NCBI GenBank assembly: GCA_947084965.1
Contig: CAMTUG010000002.1
Location: forward strand, 79,434-143,433
Source of the DNA: an uncultured Parcubacteria group bacterium
Lineage (GTDB): Bacteria; Patescibacteriota; Patescibacteriia; UBA9934; CAMTUG01
Length of the DNA stretch: 64,000 nt
Direction: 5' to 3'
Shown here: piece by piece, positions 1 to 10,234 of the stretch
How positions within the stretch are numbered: the first letter of the stretch is position 1
Layout: every line of letters begins with the position of its first letter
Notes under the pieces: generated by a model
Seen by the model: the letters and a program-made list of their open reading frames with translations, nothing else
Told to the model about the DNA's origin: nothing
Database searches by the model: none
Made by a program: the position numbers and the translations under genes

Positions 1-1
1 T

Positions 2-631
2 GGCGTGCCAGCGACAGTCAAGACGATTGAATACGATCCAATCCGTGGCGCACGTATCGCTCTCATTTCTTACAAGGATGGGGAAAAGCGCTACATGCTT
101 GTGCCTGCTGGCGTGTCCGTTGGGGACACGGTCATGTCTGCCAATGTGAAGGATGGAGCTGAAGTTAAAGTCGGAAATCGTCTGCGCTTGGAATTTATGC
201 CAGTGGGTGCGCAGATTTGTAATGTTGAACTCGACCCAGGCAAGGGCGGCCAGATGGCTCGCGGTGCTGGGGCTACCGCCACTCTCGTTTCGATTGAAGG
301 AAATTTTGCGACGGTGAAATTGCCGTCCGGTGAAGTTCGCAAGGTGCGCAAAGAATGTATGGCCACGATCGGACAGGTCAGCAACCCAGATTGGCGCTTG
401 GTGCGCTGGGGGAAGGCAGGTCGTTCCCGCAACCGTGGGATCCGTCCAACCGTTCGTGGTAAGGTCATGAACCCGGTTGACCACCCGCATGGTGGTGGGG
501 AAGGCCGCAACCCGATCGGTATGCCGTATCCGAAGACCCCGACCGGTCGCCATGCCCTTGGTGTGCTTACCCGCAAGAAAAAGGCGTCGGACGCGCTCAT
601 TCTAGAACGCCGTAAACGCCGCAACGGTTAA
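2..631 (+). CDS. rplB: 50S ribosomal protein L2 (5' truncated by window)
   Basis: C-terminal motif [17 protein letters not shown]; precedes rpsS. Confidence 0.98.
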   Translation, partial: GVPATVKTIEYDPIRGARIALISYKDGEKRYMLVPAGVSVGDTVMSANVKDGAEVKVGNRLRLEFMPVGAQICNVELDPGKGGQMARGAGATATLVSIEGNFATVKLPSGEVRKVRKECMATIGQVSNPDWRLVRWGKAGRSRNRGIRPTVRGKVMNPVDHPHGGGEGRNPIGMPYPKTPTGRHALGVLTRKKKASDALILERRKRRNG

Positions 632-639
632 TTGCCAAT

Positions 640-969
640 ATGTCACGCAGCTCAAAGAAAGGTCCATACGTGGACGAAAAATTGATGAAGAAGGTAGGAA
701 AGTTGAAGGTCGGCGATGCCACGGTTATCAAAACCTGGGCCCGCGCCTCAACGATCACCCCAGAAATGGTTGGGTTTACCTTCGGCGTGCATAACGGAAA
801 CAAGCATATCAGCGTGCGTATTGTCGAAAACATGGTTGGACATAAGTTGGGTGAATTTGCTCCAACGCGTAAGTTTGTCCGTCATGGTGGTACAGATAAG
901 GGCGCCCCAGCCGCTGGTGCCGCCCCAGCTGCCGCCCCAGCCGCTAAAGCTCCGGCCGGCAAAAAATAA
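640..969 (+). CDS. rpsS: 30S ribosomal protein S19 with Ala/Pro-rich C-terminal tail
   Basis: [26 protein letters not shown]. Confidence 0.98.
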   Translation: MSRSSKKGPYVDEKLMKKVGKLKVGDATVIKTWARASTITPEMVGFTFGVHNGNKHISVRIVENMVGHKLGEFAPTRKFVRHGGTDKGAPAAGAAPAAAPAAKAPAGKK

Positions 970-972
970 TGT

Positions 973-1374
973 ATGGAAGTGAAAGCATCAACAAATTTCT
1001 TGCGCATCGCCCCACGTAAAGTGCGGCTGGTGATTGACGCTGTCCGTGGACAGAAGATCGATCAGGCGATCATTCGTCTTCGATTTATTGAGAAGGCAGC
1101 AGCAGAACCGGTGCTCAAGTTGTTGAAGTCGGCCGTTGATAATGCCCGTCAAAAGGGGCTCGATGTCTCAACGCTCGTTGTGAAGGAGATCCTTGCCAAT
1201 CAAGGCCCGATCATGTATCGTTACCGCCCCCGCGCGATGGGTCGAGCGACCCCGATTCGCAAGCGGACGACGCACGTGAATGTGGTTTTGGAAGGAAAGG
1301 AAGGAACAGAGAAGAAGGAGGAAAGTGGAAAGAAGAAAGTGGAAAAGAAGGTAACCACAAAGACAAAGAAATAA
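973..1374 (+). CDS. rplV: 50S ribosomal protein L22
   Basis: RIAPRKVRLV, RPRAMGRA..IRKRTTH; operon order. Confidence 0.97.
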   Translation: MEVKASTNFLRIAPRKVRLVIDAVRGQKIDQAIIRLRFIEKAAAEPVLKLLKSAVDNARQKGLDVSTLVVKEILANQGPIMYRYRPRAMGRATPIRKRTTHVNVVLEGKEGTEKKEESGKKKVEKKVTTKTKK

Positions 1375-1375
1375 T

Positions 1376-2038
1376 ATGGGTACCAAGGTCAATCCACGCG
1401 CACATCGCCTTGCCACCATTCAGCCGCCGGATGCTAAGTGGTTCGCCCGCGGGGCACGTTTCCGCCAATTCTTGATGGAAGATGTTAAGATTCGTGCTTT
1501 CCTTACCAAGAAATTGCGTGAGGCATCGGTCGATCGCATCACGATCGAACGCACCAACCAGAACGTCAGCATCACCATCCATACCGCAAAACCAGGTGTG
1601 GTTATCGGTCGCGCCGGTGCCGGGGCAGAAGATATCAAGAAGGAATTGAAGAACCTCTTCTACCGCGGTCGTCGTGTCAACATCAACTTGAACGTGCAAG
1701 AAGTCGCCCATCCAACGAGCTCGGCCGCCATCGTTGCGGACCAGATCGCGATGGAGATCGAAAAACGCATGCCGTTCCGCCGTTCCATGAAGACCGCCAT
1801 TGAGCGGGTCATGAAGGGTGGGGCACTCGGGGTGCGCGTCAAGTTAGGTGGTCGTTTGAACGGGGCAGAAATCGCGCGCACCGAAGCGCTCTCTTCTGGA
1901 ACGATCCCGCTGCAGACGATGCGTGCAGATATCGACTTCTCCCGCAAGACCGCCAACACGATGTACGGGGCGATCGGTGTCAAAGTCTGGATCTATCGTG
2001 GTGAGATCTTCGAAGAAAAGAAAAAATCCGCTGAATAG
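1376..2038 (+). CDS. rpsC: 30S ribosomal protein S3
   Basis: MGTKVNP, KH motif [19 protein letters not shown]. Confidence 0.98.
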   Translation: MGTKVNPRAHRLATIQPPDAKWFARGARFRQFLMEDVKIRAFLTKKLREASVDRITIERTNQNVSITIHTAKPGVVIGRAGAGAEDIKKELKNLFYRGRRVNINLNVQEVAHPTSSAAIVADQIAMEIEKRMPFRRSMKTAIERVMKGGALGVRVKLGGRLNGAEIARTEALSSGTIPLQTMRADIDFSRKTANTMYGAIGVKVWIYRGEIFEEKKKSAE

Positions 2039-2043
2039 TTGAT

Positions 2044-2457
2044 ATGTTCATCCCGAAGAAAGTCAAACATCGTAAATGGCACAAAGGACGAGCGAACGGC
2101 AAGCGCATTGCTTCGTCTAAGCTTACCGTTGCCTTCGGCGAGTTTGGCTTGAAAGCCACCACGGAATCCTGGGTGACCAGCCGGCAGATCGAAGCGGCGC
2201 GTCGCGCCATGACCCGCTACGTCAAACGCGGAGGCAAGATCTGGATTCGCATCTTCCCTGACCATCCAATTACCACCAAAGGGGCCGAAATGCCGATGGG
2301 TAAAGGAAAAGGTGCCGTGGATCATTACGTCTGCCCGGTTCGTCCAGGTACGGTGATGTTCGAGATGGGTGGTATTCCAAAGGCCACAGCCGAAGAAGCA
2401 TTCCGTCTGGCTGCCTACAAACTTCCGGTCAAGACCAAGTTTATTGAACGCACCTAG
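2044..2457 (+). CDS. rplP: 50S ribosomal protein L16
   Basis: [27 protein letters not shown]. Confidence 0.98.
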   Translation: MFIPKKVKHRKWHKGRANGKRIASSKLTVAFGEFGLKATTESWVTSRQIEAARRAMTRYVKRGGKIWIRIFPDHPITTKGAEMPMGKGKGAVDHYVCPVRPGTVMFEMGGIPKATAEEAFRLAAYKLPVKTKFIERT

Positions 2458-2458
2458 T

Positions 2459-2653
2459 ATGAAATTGGCAGATTTGAAAAAGAAGTCGATGACCGATTTG
2501 GACAAGCTCATGGCCGAGCATCGCTCGCGCCTCCAGGAGTTGTCCTTCAAATTGAACGCCAATCAGGTCAAGAACGTGCGCGAAGTTCGCGTCGTTAAAA
2601 AAGAGATTGCACGTATTCTCACCTTGAAGAACGCCGCCAAGGCCGCCAAGTAA
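2459..2653 (+). CDS. rpmC: 50S ribosomal protein L29
   Basis: MKLADL...VKKEIARILT; ATG at 2459 after rplP stop. Confidence 0.93.
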   Translation: MKLADLKKKSMTDLDKLMAEHRSRLQELSFKLNANQVKNVREVRVVKKEIARILTLKNAAKAAK

Positions 2654-2655
2654 TT

Positions 2656-2895
2656 ATGGAAGCAACTATCACCAAGCGCCGCATCGAAGGAATCGTCGTC
2701 AGCAATAAAATGATGAAGACGATCGTGGTTCGTGTTGACCGCACACTCGTCCACCCGAAATACGGCAAGCGTTATGTGGTTTCTAAGCGGTTCAAAGTCC
2801 ATGTCGAAGGCGACAAGCCAGAAGTGGACACCTTGGTGACGATTGAAGAATGCCGACCAATATCAAAGGATAAACGATTCCGACTTGTGAAATAG
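2656..2895 (+). CDS. rpsQ: 30S ribosomal protein S17
   Basis: GIVVSNKMMKTIVV, HPKYGK, ECRPISKDKRF. Confidence 0.97.
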   Translation: MEATITKRRIEGIVVSNKMMKTIVVRVDRTLVHPKYGKRYVVSKRFKVHVEGDKPEVDTLVTIEECRPISKDKRFRLVK

Positions 2896-2986
2896 TATGA
2901 AATTCGAATCTCTAAATACGAAATCAGAAACAAATCAGAAATTTCAATTTCGAATTTCGAAATTCGGATTTCGAATTTAATCAGAT
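2896..2986. repeat. Heptamer-periodic AAATTCG/AAATCAG imperfect inverted repeat
   Basis: aaattcg aatctct aaatacg aaatcag ... atttcgaatttcgaaattcggatttcgaattt in the rpsQ-rplN spacer. Confidence 0.8.
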
Positions 2987-3358
2987 ATGGTTCAACATCG
3001 CTCAATGATCGGCGTCGCGGATAACACAGGGGCTAAAAAGCTCCAGGTGATTCGTGTCCACGGTGGTTACCAAAAGCGTTATGCCTTTATGGGCGACGTG
3101 GTGACCGCTGTGGTTAAAATTGCCACCCCACACAACGCGATCAAAAAGAGTGACGTTGTGCACGCCGTGATCGTTCGCGCTAAAAAAGAGATTCGTCGCC
3201 CGGACGGTTCGTACATTCGCTTTGATGAAAACGCCGCCGTCATCATCGATCGCAAATCGAAGGAACCGAAAGGCACGCGTATCTTTGGACCGGTGCCACG
3301 CGAACTGCGCGATCTCGGGTTTACGAAGATTATTTCCTTGGCCCCTGAAGTGCTCTAA
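2987..3358 (+). CDS. rplN: 50S ribosomal protein L14
   Basis: [27 protein letters not shown]. Confidence 0.98.
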   Translation: MVQHRSMIGVADNTGAKKLQVIRVHGGYQKRYAFMGDVVTAVVKIATPHNAIKKSDVVHAVIVRAKKEIRRPDGSYIRFDENAAVIIDRKSKEPKGTRIFGPVPRELRDLGFTKIISLAPEVL

Positions 3359-3359
3359 T

Positions 3360-3686
3360 ATGAAGCTTAAAGTTGGCGACAAGGTCCGTATCATTACGGG
3401 CACAGAAAAAGGCAAAGAGGGGAAGATCACTCAGGTGTTCCCGAAGGATTCGCGTATCATTGTGGAAGCAATCAACGTCAAGACCAAGCATTTGAAGGGC
3501 CGCAAAGGCAGCGCTCAGAAGGGTCAGAAAGTTGAATTCGCCGCCCCAATCCATATTTCTAATGTTGCCCTCGTCGGTTCTTCCATCAAGTTCGGCCGCG
3601 TTGGAATGAAGATGTTGAAAAAAGACGGCAAACTGGTAAAGACCCGCGTCTTGCACAAGGCCGGTAAGGTTGAAGACATCGCCTAA
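3360..3686 (+). CDS. rplX: 50S ribosomal protein L24
   Basis: KOW motif GDKVRIITGTEKGKEG; APIHISNV. Confidence 0.96.
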   Translation: MKLKVGDKVRIITGTEKGKEGKITQVFPKDSRIIVEAINVKTKHLKGRKGSAQKGQKVEFAAPIHISNVALVGSSIKFGRVGMKMLKKDGKLVKTRVLHKAGKVEDIA

Positions 3687-3687
3687 T

Positions 3688-4251
3688 ATGATCAAGCTCA
3701 CCTCTGAAATGTATCGCAAAGAGATCGCGCCGGCTTTGAAAGAAAAGTTCGGTTGGTCCAATGTGAACCAGGTGCCGGTGATCAAAAAGGTGACCTTGAA
3801 CGTCGGCTTGGGCAAGGGGCTTAAGGATTCGCGTTTCACCGACGCGGTGGAAGCGACCTTGACCCGCATCGCCGGTCAAAAGCCGGTCAAAACGCTCGCT
3901 AAGAAGTCGATCGCCACGTTCAAAATTCGTCAAGGGATGCCGGTTGGGATGATTGTTACTTTGCGCGGAAAGCGCATGTGGGCCTTCATCGACAAGTTGA
4001 ACAAGGTGGCGTTCCCGCGCGTCCGCGACTTCCGTGGGATCGGGGAGAGCGCGATTGACAAAGCCGGCAATTTCTCATACGGTTTCCGCGAGCAGCTTGC
4101 CTTCCCAGAAGTGGGGGCAGACGAAGCGGAAATTCCGCACGGCGTGCAGGTAACCATTACCACCACCTGTCGTACGCAAAAGGAGGGATTGGCGCTTTTC
4201 ACCGCCCTCGGATTCCCGTTCGCCAAAAAGGACGGCAAGAACAACAAATAA
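3688..4251 (+). CDS. rplE: 50S ribosomal protein L5
   Basis: [24 protein letters not shown]. Confidence 0.97.
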   Translation: MIKLTSEMYRKEIAPALKEKFGWSNVNQVPVIKKVTLNVGLGKGLKDSRFTDAVEATLTRIAGQKPVKTLAKKSIATFKIRQGMPVGMIVTLRGKRMWAFIDKLNKVAFPRVRDFRGIGESAIDKAGNFSYGFREQLAFPEVGADEAEIPHGVQVTITTTCRTQKEGLALFTALGFPFAKKDGKNNK

Positions 4252-4252
4252 T

Positions 4253-4438
4253 ATGGCCACGCAGTCGCAGATCGCAAAATCCAATCGCAAACCGAAGTTC
4301 ATGACCCGTGTCGTGCGCCGATGCTGGCGCTGCGGACGTCGTCATGGATTTATCCGCGATTTTAATCTCTGCCGTATCTGCTTCCGTGAGTTGGCCGTCA
4401 AAGGCGAGATCCCGGGCGTGACTAAAGCCAGCTGGTAA
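4253..4438 (+). CDS. rpsN: 30S ribosomal protein S14, short Zn-binding type
   Basis: 61 aa; [14 protein letters not shown]; ends KASW. Confidence 0.97.
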   Translation: MATQSQIAKSNRKPKFMTRVVRRCWRCGRRHGFIRDFNLCRICFRELAVKGEIPGVTKASW

Positions 4439-4445
4439 TCACATT

Positions 4446-4838
4446 ATGATCACCGATCCGATTTCAGACATGTTGACCCGAATCCGCAACGCCTCCAAGG
4501 TTAAAAAGGGCGAAGTGGTTTTGCCGTCTTCTATCATCAAATTCTCGATCGCTAAGATTCTTCAGAAGGAAGGATATGTCGCGACGGTGAATGAAACTGT
4601 TGACGGGTTCCGCAAAACGCTGACCATTGGCTTGAAGTACGAAAATGGTATGCCAGTGGTGCATGAAGTGAAGCGCGTCAGCAAACCGGGCCGCCGTGTC
4701 TACGCCAAGTTTGACAAGTTGCCACACGTCCTTTCCGGAATCGGGATGGCGATCATCTCGACCCCGAACGGTTTGATGACGAATAAAGAAGCGCGCGCCC
4801 GTAAGTTGGGTGGCGAGGTGATCTGCGAAATTTTCTAG
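4446..4838 (+). CDS. rpsH: 30S ribosomal protein S8
   Basis: TDPISDMLTRIRN, SKPGRRVY, GGEVIC. Confidence 0.98.
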   Translation: MITDPISDMLTRIRNASKVKKGEVVLPSSIIKFSIAKILQKEGYVATVNETVDGFRKTLTIGLKYENGMPVVHEVKRVSKPGRRVYAKFDKLPHVLSGIGMAIISTPNGLMTNKEARARKLGGEVICEIF

Positions 4839-4839
4839 T

Positions 4840-5397
4840 ATGTCACGCATTGGTAAACAACCTGTGGTCATCCCGAGCGGCGTCGATGTGACGCTTGCGA
4901 ATGGTTCGATTACGGTCAAGGGTCCGAAGGGGACGCTCTCCCGCGCCATCCACCCACGGATGACTGTGACGCTTGGAGAAGACGAAGGACAAAAGACGGT
5001 CAACGTTTCCATCGGAGAACAGGACGACGTCGAAGTCCGTGCGTTGTGGGGCACGACGCGCTCCAACATTCAGAACATGATCGTCGGTGTTGTTGATGGA
5101 TTCAAAAAGGCGTTGGAAGTTGTCGGTGTCGGGTATCGCGTCAACGCGCAGGGGAATAAAGTTGTCCTTGATGTTGGTTACTCCCATTCTGTAGATTTCA
5201 TTCTGCCAGAAGGAGTGAAGGCAGAAGTAGAAAAGAACACCTTGACGCTTTCTGGTATCAATAAGGAAGTTGTCGGTGAAGCTGCCGCTCAAATCCGTCG
5301 CATCCGCAAGCCAGAACCGTATGGCGGTAAAGGGATTAAGTATGTGGACGAAGTGATTCGTCGTAAGGCTGGTAAGGCCGCCAAGACCGGCGAATAA
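4840..5397 (+). CDS. rplF: 50S ribosomal protein L6
   Basis: MSRIGKQP, RKPEPYGGKGI. Confidence 0.98.
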   Translation: MSRIGKQPVVIPSGVDVTLANGSITVKGPKGTLSRAIHPRMTVTLGEDEGQKTVNVSIGEQDDVEVRALWGTTRSNIQNMIVGVVDGFKKALEVVGVGYRVNAQGNKVVLDVGYSHSVDFILPEGVKAEVEKNTLTLSGINKEVVGEAAAQIRRIRKPEPYGGKGIKYVDEVIRRKAGKAAKTGE

Positions 5398-5400
5398 TCT

Positions 5401-5760
5401 ATGAAGGACGTTGTCAAAGAAAAGTTGCGAAAAGCAAAACGCCGCGCCATCCGGGTGCGCGCGAAGATTTCGGGCACCAGCGCTCGCCCTCGTCTGTCGA
5501 TCAAGCGCTCGGCTAAGCATCTGTATGCCCAGTTGATTGATGACGTTGCTGGAAAGACGCTTGCCGCTGCCTCGGACACAAAATTGACCGCCGGCAAACC
5601 GCTTGAACGCGCAGGTGAGGTTGGGAAGGCGTTGGCTGAAGCGGGCAAGAAGGCTGGCATCACCTTGATGGTCGTTGATCGCGGTTCTTACAAATTCCAC
5701 GGTCGTGTCAAAGCGCTCGTCGACGCCGCAGTGGAAGGCGGTATTTCGATCACCAAGTAA
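5401..5760 (+). CDS. rplR: 50S ribosomal protein L18
   Basis: [27 protein letters not shown]. Confidence 0.97.
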   Translation: MKDVVKEKLRKAKRRAIRVRAKISGTSARPRLSIKRSAKHLYAQLIDDVAGKTLAAASDTKLTAGKPLERAGEVGKALAEAGKKAGITLMVVDRGSYKFHGRVKALVDAAVEGGISITK

Positions 5761-5762
5761 GT

Positions 5763-6362
5763 ATGGAAAAGAAAGATTTTGGTAATAAGAAACAGGGTGG
5801 CCAAGGTGGCCAACGCGACGGACGCGGCGGAGGCCGTGGACGTGGTGGTCGTGACAATCGTCGCGACGAACCAAAGGAATTTGATCAGAAGATTTTGGAT
5901 CTTTCCCGCGTTACTCGTGTGACGGCTGGTGGCAAGCGCATGCGCTTCCGTGTCCTGTTGGTCATCGGTGACCGCAAGGGTCGCGTCGGATTTGGGGTAA
6001 CCAAGGGCGCGGACGTGCAGATCTCGGTTGATAAGGCGTTGCGTCAGGCTAAGAAGCGCTTGATCAAAGTGCCGTTTGTGAATGAAACGATCCCATTCCC
6101 GGTCACGGCCAAGTTTGCTGCGTCGGTCGTCCTCTTGAAGCCAGCTCCGAAAGGGACTGGGCTCAAGGCGGGGGGCGCTGTTCGATCCGTGCTTGAATTC
6201 GCTGGTGTCCCGAACGCGGTTTCAAAAAATTTGGGAGCCTCTAACCCGATTAACACCGTTAAAGCAACGTTTGAAGCGCTTAAGAAGCTTTCAGAAGGAA
6301 CGAGCACGCTTCAACGCAAGAAGTCTCAGACGTCTGCTGCGGTGAAGGAAGAAAAAGAATAG
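5763..6362 (+). CDS. rpsE: 30S ribosomal protein S5
   Basis: RVTRVTAGGKRMRF, PAPKGTG. Confidence 0.97.
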   Translation: MEKKDFGNKKQGGQGGQRDGRGGGRGRGGRDNRRDEPKEFDQKILDLSRVTRVTAGGKRMRFRVLLVIGDRKGRVGFGVTKGADVQISVDKALRQAKKRLIKVPFVNETIPFPVTAKFAASVVLLKPAPKGTGLKAGGAVRSVLEFAGVPNAVSKNLGASNPINTVKATFEALKKLSEGTSTLQRKKSQTSAAVKEEKE

Positions 6363-6363
6363 T

Positions 6364-6798
6364 ATGGCAGTTGGCATGCACAACATGAAACCACCGGCCG
6401 GGGCGAAGCGCAATCGTAAGCGTGTTGGTCGCGGGCTCGGTTCAACCGGTACCTACTCCGGTCGCGGTGGAAAAGGACAAACAGCTCGTTCCGGTGTTTC
6501 TGGTTTGAAGCGCCTTGGGATGAAGCGTTGGGTTTTGGCTCAGCCAAAAGTCCGCGGGTTCAAATCCTTGGCCCGTGAGATGTTTGTGGTCAATGTTGGC
6601 TCGCTTGAAAAGGCCTTTAGCAAAGGCGGGGAGGTCAACCTTGCTGTCCTAAAGGAAATCGGCCTCGTTCCAAAAACTGCCGCCCATGCTAAACTTCTGA
6701 GTAAGGGGGATCTCACGGTCGCTTTGAAGGTGACAGGAATGGCCGTTTCGGCTGCAGCAAAAGAAAAGATCGAAAAGGCTGGAGGTTCGGTTAGTTAA
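6364..6798 (+). CDS. rplO: 50S ribosomal protein L15
   Basis: KRVGRGLGS..GRGGKGQTARSG; ends KIEKAGG. Confidence 0.97.
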   Translation: MAVGMHNMKPPAGAKRNRKRVGRGLGSTGTYSGRGGKGQTARSGVSGLKRLGMKRWVLAQPKVRGFKSLAREMFVVNVGSLEKAFSKGGEVNLAVLKEIGLVPKTAAHAKLLSKGDLTVALKVTGMAVSAAAKEKIEKAGGSVS

Positions 6799-6810
6799 AT
6801 TTCAACGCGT

Positions 6811-8076
6811 ATGAACGTGTTCCTTCGGATCTTCCGCATTAAAGAATTACGGACAAGCATCCTCTTTGTGTTAGGGATGCTTGTTATCTTTCGGTTAGCG
6901 GCCCACGTTCCGGTTCCGGGGGTGGATCCGTCAGCCTTGACCTCTCTTTTCCAGGGGAACCAGGTTCTTGGACTGCTAAACCTTTTTTCCGGCGGGACGC
7001 TTGAAAACTTCTCGATCGTTGCGCTGGGAATTGCCCCGTATATTACCGCTTCGATTATCTTCCAGTTGTTAGCCATGATCATCCCTTCGTTTGAAGAGAT
7101 GCAAAAAGAAGAAGCGGGTCGTCGCAAAATCAACCAGTACACCCGTATCGCCACCGTTCCGCTCGCCTTTTTGCAAGGCTATGGGATCATCAATTTGCTT
7201 GCGTCTCAAGCCCAAGGACTGATCGTTGATACTGGATGGTTAACGATGCTCCTCATCATGACGACGATGACGGCCGGCACGATCTTCCTGATGTGGCTTG
7301 GTGAATTGATCTCAGAACGCAACATCGGAAACGGTATTTCGATCTTGATCTTCGCTGGAATTATCGCTGGATTACCGACAACGTTTCAGCAGGTGCTCGC
7401 GACCTTTGATCGTTCCCAGGTTTTCGACATTCTGTTGATCCTCGCCTTGGTCATTGTGACGATTGTCGCGGTGGTGATCATCAACGAAGCCCAGCGCAAT
7501 ATCCCGATCCAGTACGCCCGGATGCAGCAAGGCGCGCGTTCGCTTGGTGGTGTTTCGTCGAACTTGCCGTTGCGTGTGAACATGGGAGGAATGATCCCGA
7601 TTATCTTTGCGGTGTCGATCATTCTCTTCCCACCGACGATGGCTCAGTTCTTCCTTCGTGCTAAAACAGAATGGATTGTGAACGCGGCTCAGTTTACGAT
7701 CGATATCTTCACCAACCAGCTCTTCTACGGGTTGATCTTCTTCCTCCTCGTCTTCGGATTCACCTTCTTCTATTCCGGGGTTGTTTTCCACCCGGATCGC
7801 ATTTCGGAAAACTTGCAGAAGCAGGGCGGCTTTGTTCCGGGCATTCGCCCAGGTCGCCCGACCGCCGAATACTTGCAGTGGGTCACCAATCGTATCCTCC
7901 TTCTCGGAGCCACCTACTTGGCCGTTATCGCGGTCCTCCCGATTGTGGTGCAGCAGGTAACGGGTACAGCCCAATTGGTCGTCGGTGGCGCTTCGGTTAT
8001 CATCATCGTCGGTGTTGTTATCGACCTTATCAAACAGATTCAGGCACAACTCTCGATGCACGAGTACGAGCATTAA
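6811..8076 (+). CDS. secY: Preprotein translocase subunit SecY
   Basis: LGIAPYITASII, GNGISILIF, PGIRPG; multiple TM segments. Confidence 0.98.
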   Translation: MNVFLRIFRIKELRTSILFVLGMLVIFRLAAHVPVPGVDPSALTSLFQGNQVLGLLNLFSGGTLENFSIVALGIAPYITASIIFQLLAMIIPSFEEMQKEEAGRRKINQYTRIATVPLAFLQGYGIINLLASQAQGLIVDTGWLTMLLIMTTMTAGTIFLMWLGELISERNIGNGISILIFAGIIAGLPTTFQQVLATFDRSQVFDILLILALVIVTIVAVVIINEAQRNIPIQYARMQQGARSLGGVSSNLPLRVNMGGMIPIIFAVSIILFPPTMAQFFLRAKTEWIVNAAQFTIDIFTNQLFYGLIFFLLVFGFTFFYSGVVFHPDRISENLQKQGGFVPGIRPGRPTAEYLQWVTNRILLLGATYLAVIAVLPIVVQQVTGTAQLVVGGASVIIIVGVVIDLIKQIQAQLSMHEYEH

Positions 8077-8176
8077 AAGTTAGAGGTCAGAGGTTGGGGG
8101 AGAGAGGTTGGAGGGGATCTGCGCATCTCCTCTTTCTTCTTTCCTCTTTCTTTTAACCTCGGTATACTCTCCTCGT

Positions 8177-8809
8177 ATGAAAAAGATCCTCTTATTTGGG
8201 CCCCAAGGTGCAGGCAAAGGCACGCAGGCAGAGCGTTTGGCAAAGCATTTGAATCTCCCTGCGCTGTCCATGGGTGATTTATTGCGTCGTGAGCAGGCGA
8301 AGGGGAGCGAAATCGGCCGACAGATCGTGGAGATTATGACCCACGGCGGGTTGGTATCTGATCAGATTGCGGTGGAGGTGCTCAAAGCTCGATTGAAAGA
8401 ACCGGATGCGGCCGGGGGGTACATTATCGACGGCTATCCGCGCAACATGGAGCAGTACAAGGCCTACGTCGCCTTTGATCACCCGACCGACGTCATCGTC
8501 ATCGACGTGCCAGACGAAGAGTCACTCAAACGTCTCGCTGGTCGTCGCACCTGTGTAGGTTGTGGCAAGGTCTATCACATTGATTTCGCCCGCCCTAAGG
8601 TGGCAGATATCTGCGATGTTTGTGGTGGATCGCTTGTGCAGCGCGAAGACGATAAGCCAGAAGCGATCCTGAAGCGTTTGGGGATTTATCATAACGAAAC
8701 AGAACCGATGGCCAAAGAATTTGAAGCCCTTGGTGTCCTCCGCCGAGTGGATGGAATGGGATCGATCGACGAGGTGGAAGCAAAAATTCAAATGGCCCTT
8801 GGAGTGTGA
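8177..8809 (+). CDS. adk: Adenylate kinase with Zn-lid
   Basis: P-loop GPQGAGKGTQA, DGYPR, CxxC..CxxC lid; ATG 8177. Confidence 0.96.
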   Translation: MKKILLFGPQGAGKGTQAERLAKHLNLPALSMGDLLRREQAKGSEIGRQIVEIMTHGGLVSDQIAVEVLKARLKEPDAAGGYIIDGYPRNMEQYKAYVAFDHPTDVIVIDVPDEESLKRLAGRRTCVGCGKVYHIDFARPKVADICDVCGGSLVQREDDKPEAILKRLGIYHNETEPMAKEFEALGVLRRVDGMGSIDEVEAKIQMALGV

Positions 8810-8927
8810 AAACTCGAAATGTGAAATCCGAAATTCGAAATAAATTTGAATCGGAGATAGAAAATGTTCAAATTCGAATTTTTCGGTTTCCGGTTGTTTC
8901 GAATTTTGGATTTCGGATTTAATACGT
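8810..8927. repeat. Heptamer-periodic inverted repeat
   Basis: gaaatccgaaattcgaaa ... tttcgaattttggatttc. Confidence 0.85.
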
Positions 8928-9722
8928 ATGGCGATGACTAAAACAACAGAAGAGATTGATGCGATTCGCGAAGGCGGGGCGTTATTGTCGCGTTCGTTGC
9001 AAACGGCGATCGATGCGGCCAAGCAAGGGGTGACACTGCGTCAGCTCGATAAGATTGCGGAAGAGGCGATTCGTGCCGGTGGAGGAACGCCGTCGTTTTT
9101 GGGATACAAATCGCGCAGTAGCGACGAAGGATTTCCTTCCACCGTTTGCATTTCGGTCAACGACGAAGTCGTTCATGGGTCGGGCGCACGCGATGTTGTT
9201 TTGAAAAATGGAGATCTCCTCGGACTCGATATCGGCTGTTGGTACAAAGGATTGTGCACGGACATGGCGGTGACGATTCCGGTCGGAGGGTTCAAGGCGA
9301 TCCCGGACAAGCACAAAGAGTTGTTAACGGTGACGCGGGCATCGATGATGGCTGGGATTGAGGTCGCACGTGTTGGTGGAGATATCAAAGATATTTCTCG
9401 GGCGATCGAAGAATACGTTCGACCGTTTAAGTTTGGGGTTGTCCGGGCATTAGTCGGACATGGGGTAGGGCACAAAGTTCACGAAGATCCGCACGTGCCG
9501 AATTTTATTTCGAACCAATTTCCTTCTGTGCCGATTCAGAGCGGAATGGTGTTGGCGATTGAGCCGATGCTGACGCTTGGCGGCTGGCAGGTAGAAACAG
9601 GGGATGACGGTTGGACGATCAAGACGGTCGATGGCTCACTCGGCGCGCATTTTGAGTTAACAATTGCGGTGACAAAGGATGGGGTGGAGATTTTGACCCC
9701 TCCGCCAAATGTGGGGTTTTAA
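8928..9722 (+). CDS. map: Methionine aminopeptidase type I
   Basis: CISVNDEVVH, GHGVG..VHEDP, IEPM, AHFE. Confidence 0.97.
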   Translation: MAMTKTTEEIDAIREGGALLSRSLQTAIDAAKQGVTLRQLDKIAEEAIRAGGGTPSFLGYKSRSSDEGFPSTVCISVNDEVVHGSGARDVVLKNGDLLGLDIGCWYKGLCTDMAVTIPVGGFKAIPDKHKELLTVTRASMMAGIEVARVGGDIKDISRAIEEYVRPFKFGVVRALVGHGVGHKVHEDPHVPNFISNQFPSVPIQSGMVLAIEPMLTLGGWQVETGDDGWTIKTVDGSLGAHFELTIAVTKDGVEILTPPPNVGF

Positions 9723-9840
9723 ATTCGAAATACGAAATCCGAAATTCGAAACAAATTCAAAGTGGAAACAGGAAGTTTGCAAACTTTCCTTTTCCTATTT
9801 CTGATTGTTTCGAATCTCGACATTCGAATTTAGAGTTTCT
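9721..9840. repeat. Heptamer-periodic inverted repeat
   Basis: aaattcg aaatacg aaatccg aaattcg aaacaa ... ttgtttcgaatctcgacattcgaattt. Confidence 0.85.
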
Positions 9841-10233
9841 ATGCGCTTACTAGGAATTGATTACGGACTAAAAAAGATTGGCCTCGCCATCGGTGACGAC
9901 GAAGCAGGCGTCGCCGCTCCGTTAGAGGTGATTAGAAATGATGGAGAGATGACGACGGAGCTTCTGGCTAAGCGTATTCGTGACGAAGAGATCGATGCAG
10001 TTGTTTGTGGGGCGCCCCTTTCACAGGGTGGACATCACTCGAGCGATCAACTCGATAAAACTCGCGCCTTCATGGAGTCGCTTCGGAAGCAGGTGACCAT
10101 TCCGGTGTACGAGGAGGATGAGAGTTACACCACCAAAGAAAGTATTCGCATCGCGCGCGAGGAAAAATCTGGGATCGACGAAGATGCGCTGGCGGCATCC
10201 CTAATTTTGCAACAGTTTTTGAACCGCACCTAA
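9841..10233 (+). CDS. ruvX: YqgF/RuvX family pre-16S rRNA nuclease
   Basis: LLGIDYGLKKIGLAI, DESYTT, DALAASLILQ. Confidence 0.92.
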   Translation: MRLLGIDYGLKKIGLAIGDDEAGVAAPLEVIRNDGEMTTELLAKRIRDEEIDAVVCGAPLSQGGHHSSDQLDKTRAFMESLRKQVTIPVYEEDESYTTKESIRIAREEKSGIDEDALAASLILQQFLNRT

Positions 10234-10234
10234 A

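Noticed and set aside
900-960. GCCCCAGC tandem repeats at the rpsS end
   Set aside because: They encode a low-complexity Ala/Pro tail; no sign of independent function.
2896-9840. CRISPR array interpretation of short repeats
   Set aside because: No constant repeat-spacer structure and no cas genes in the window.
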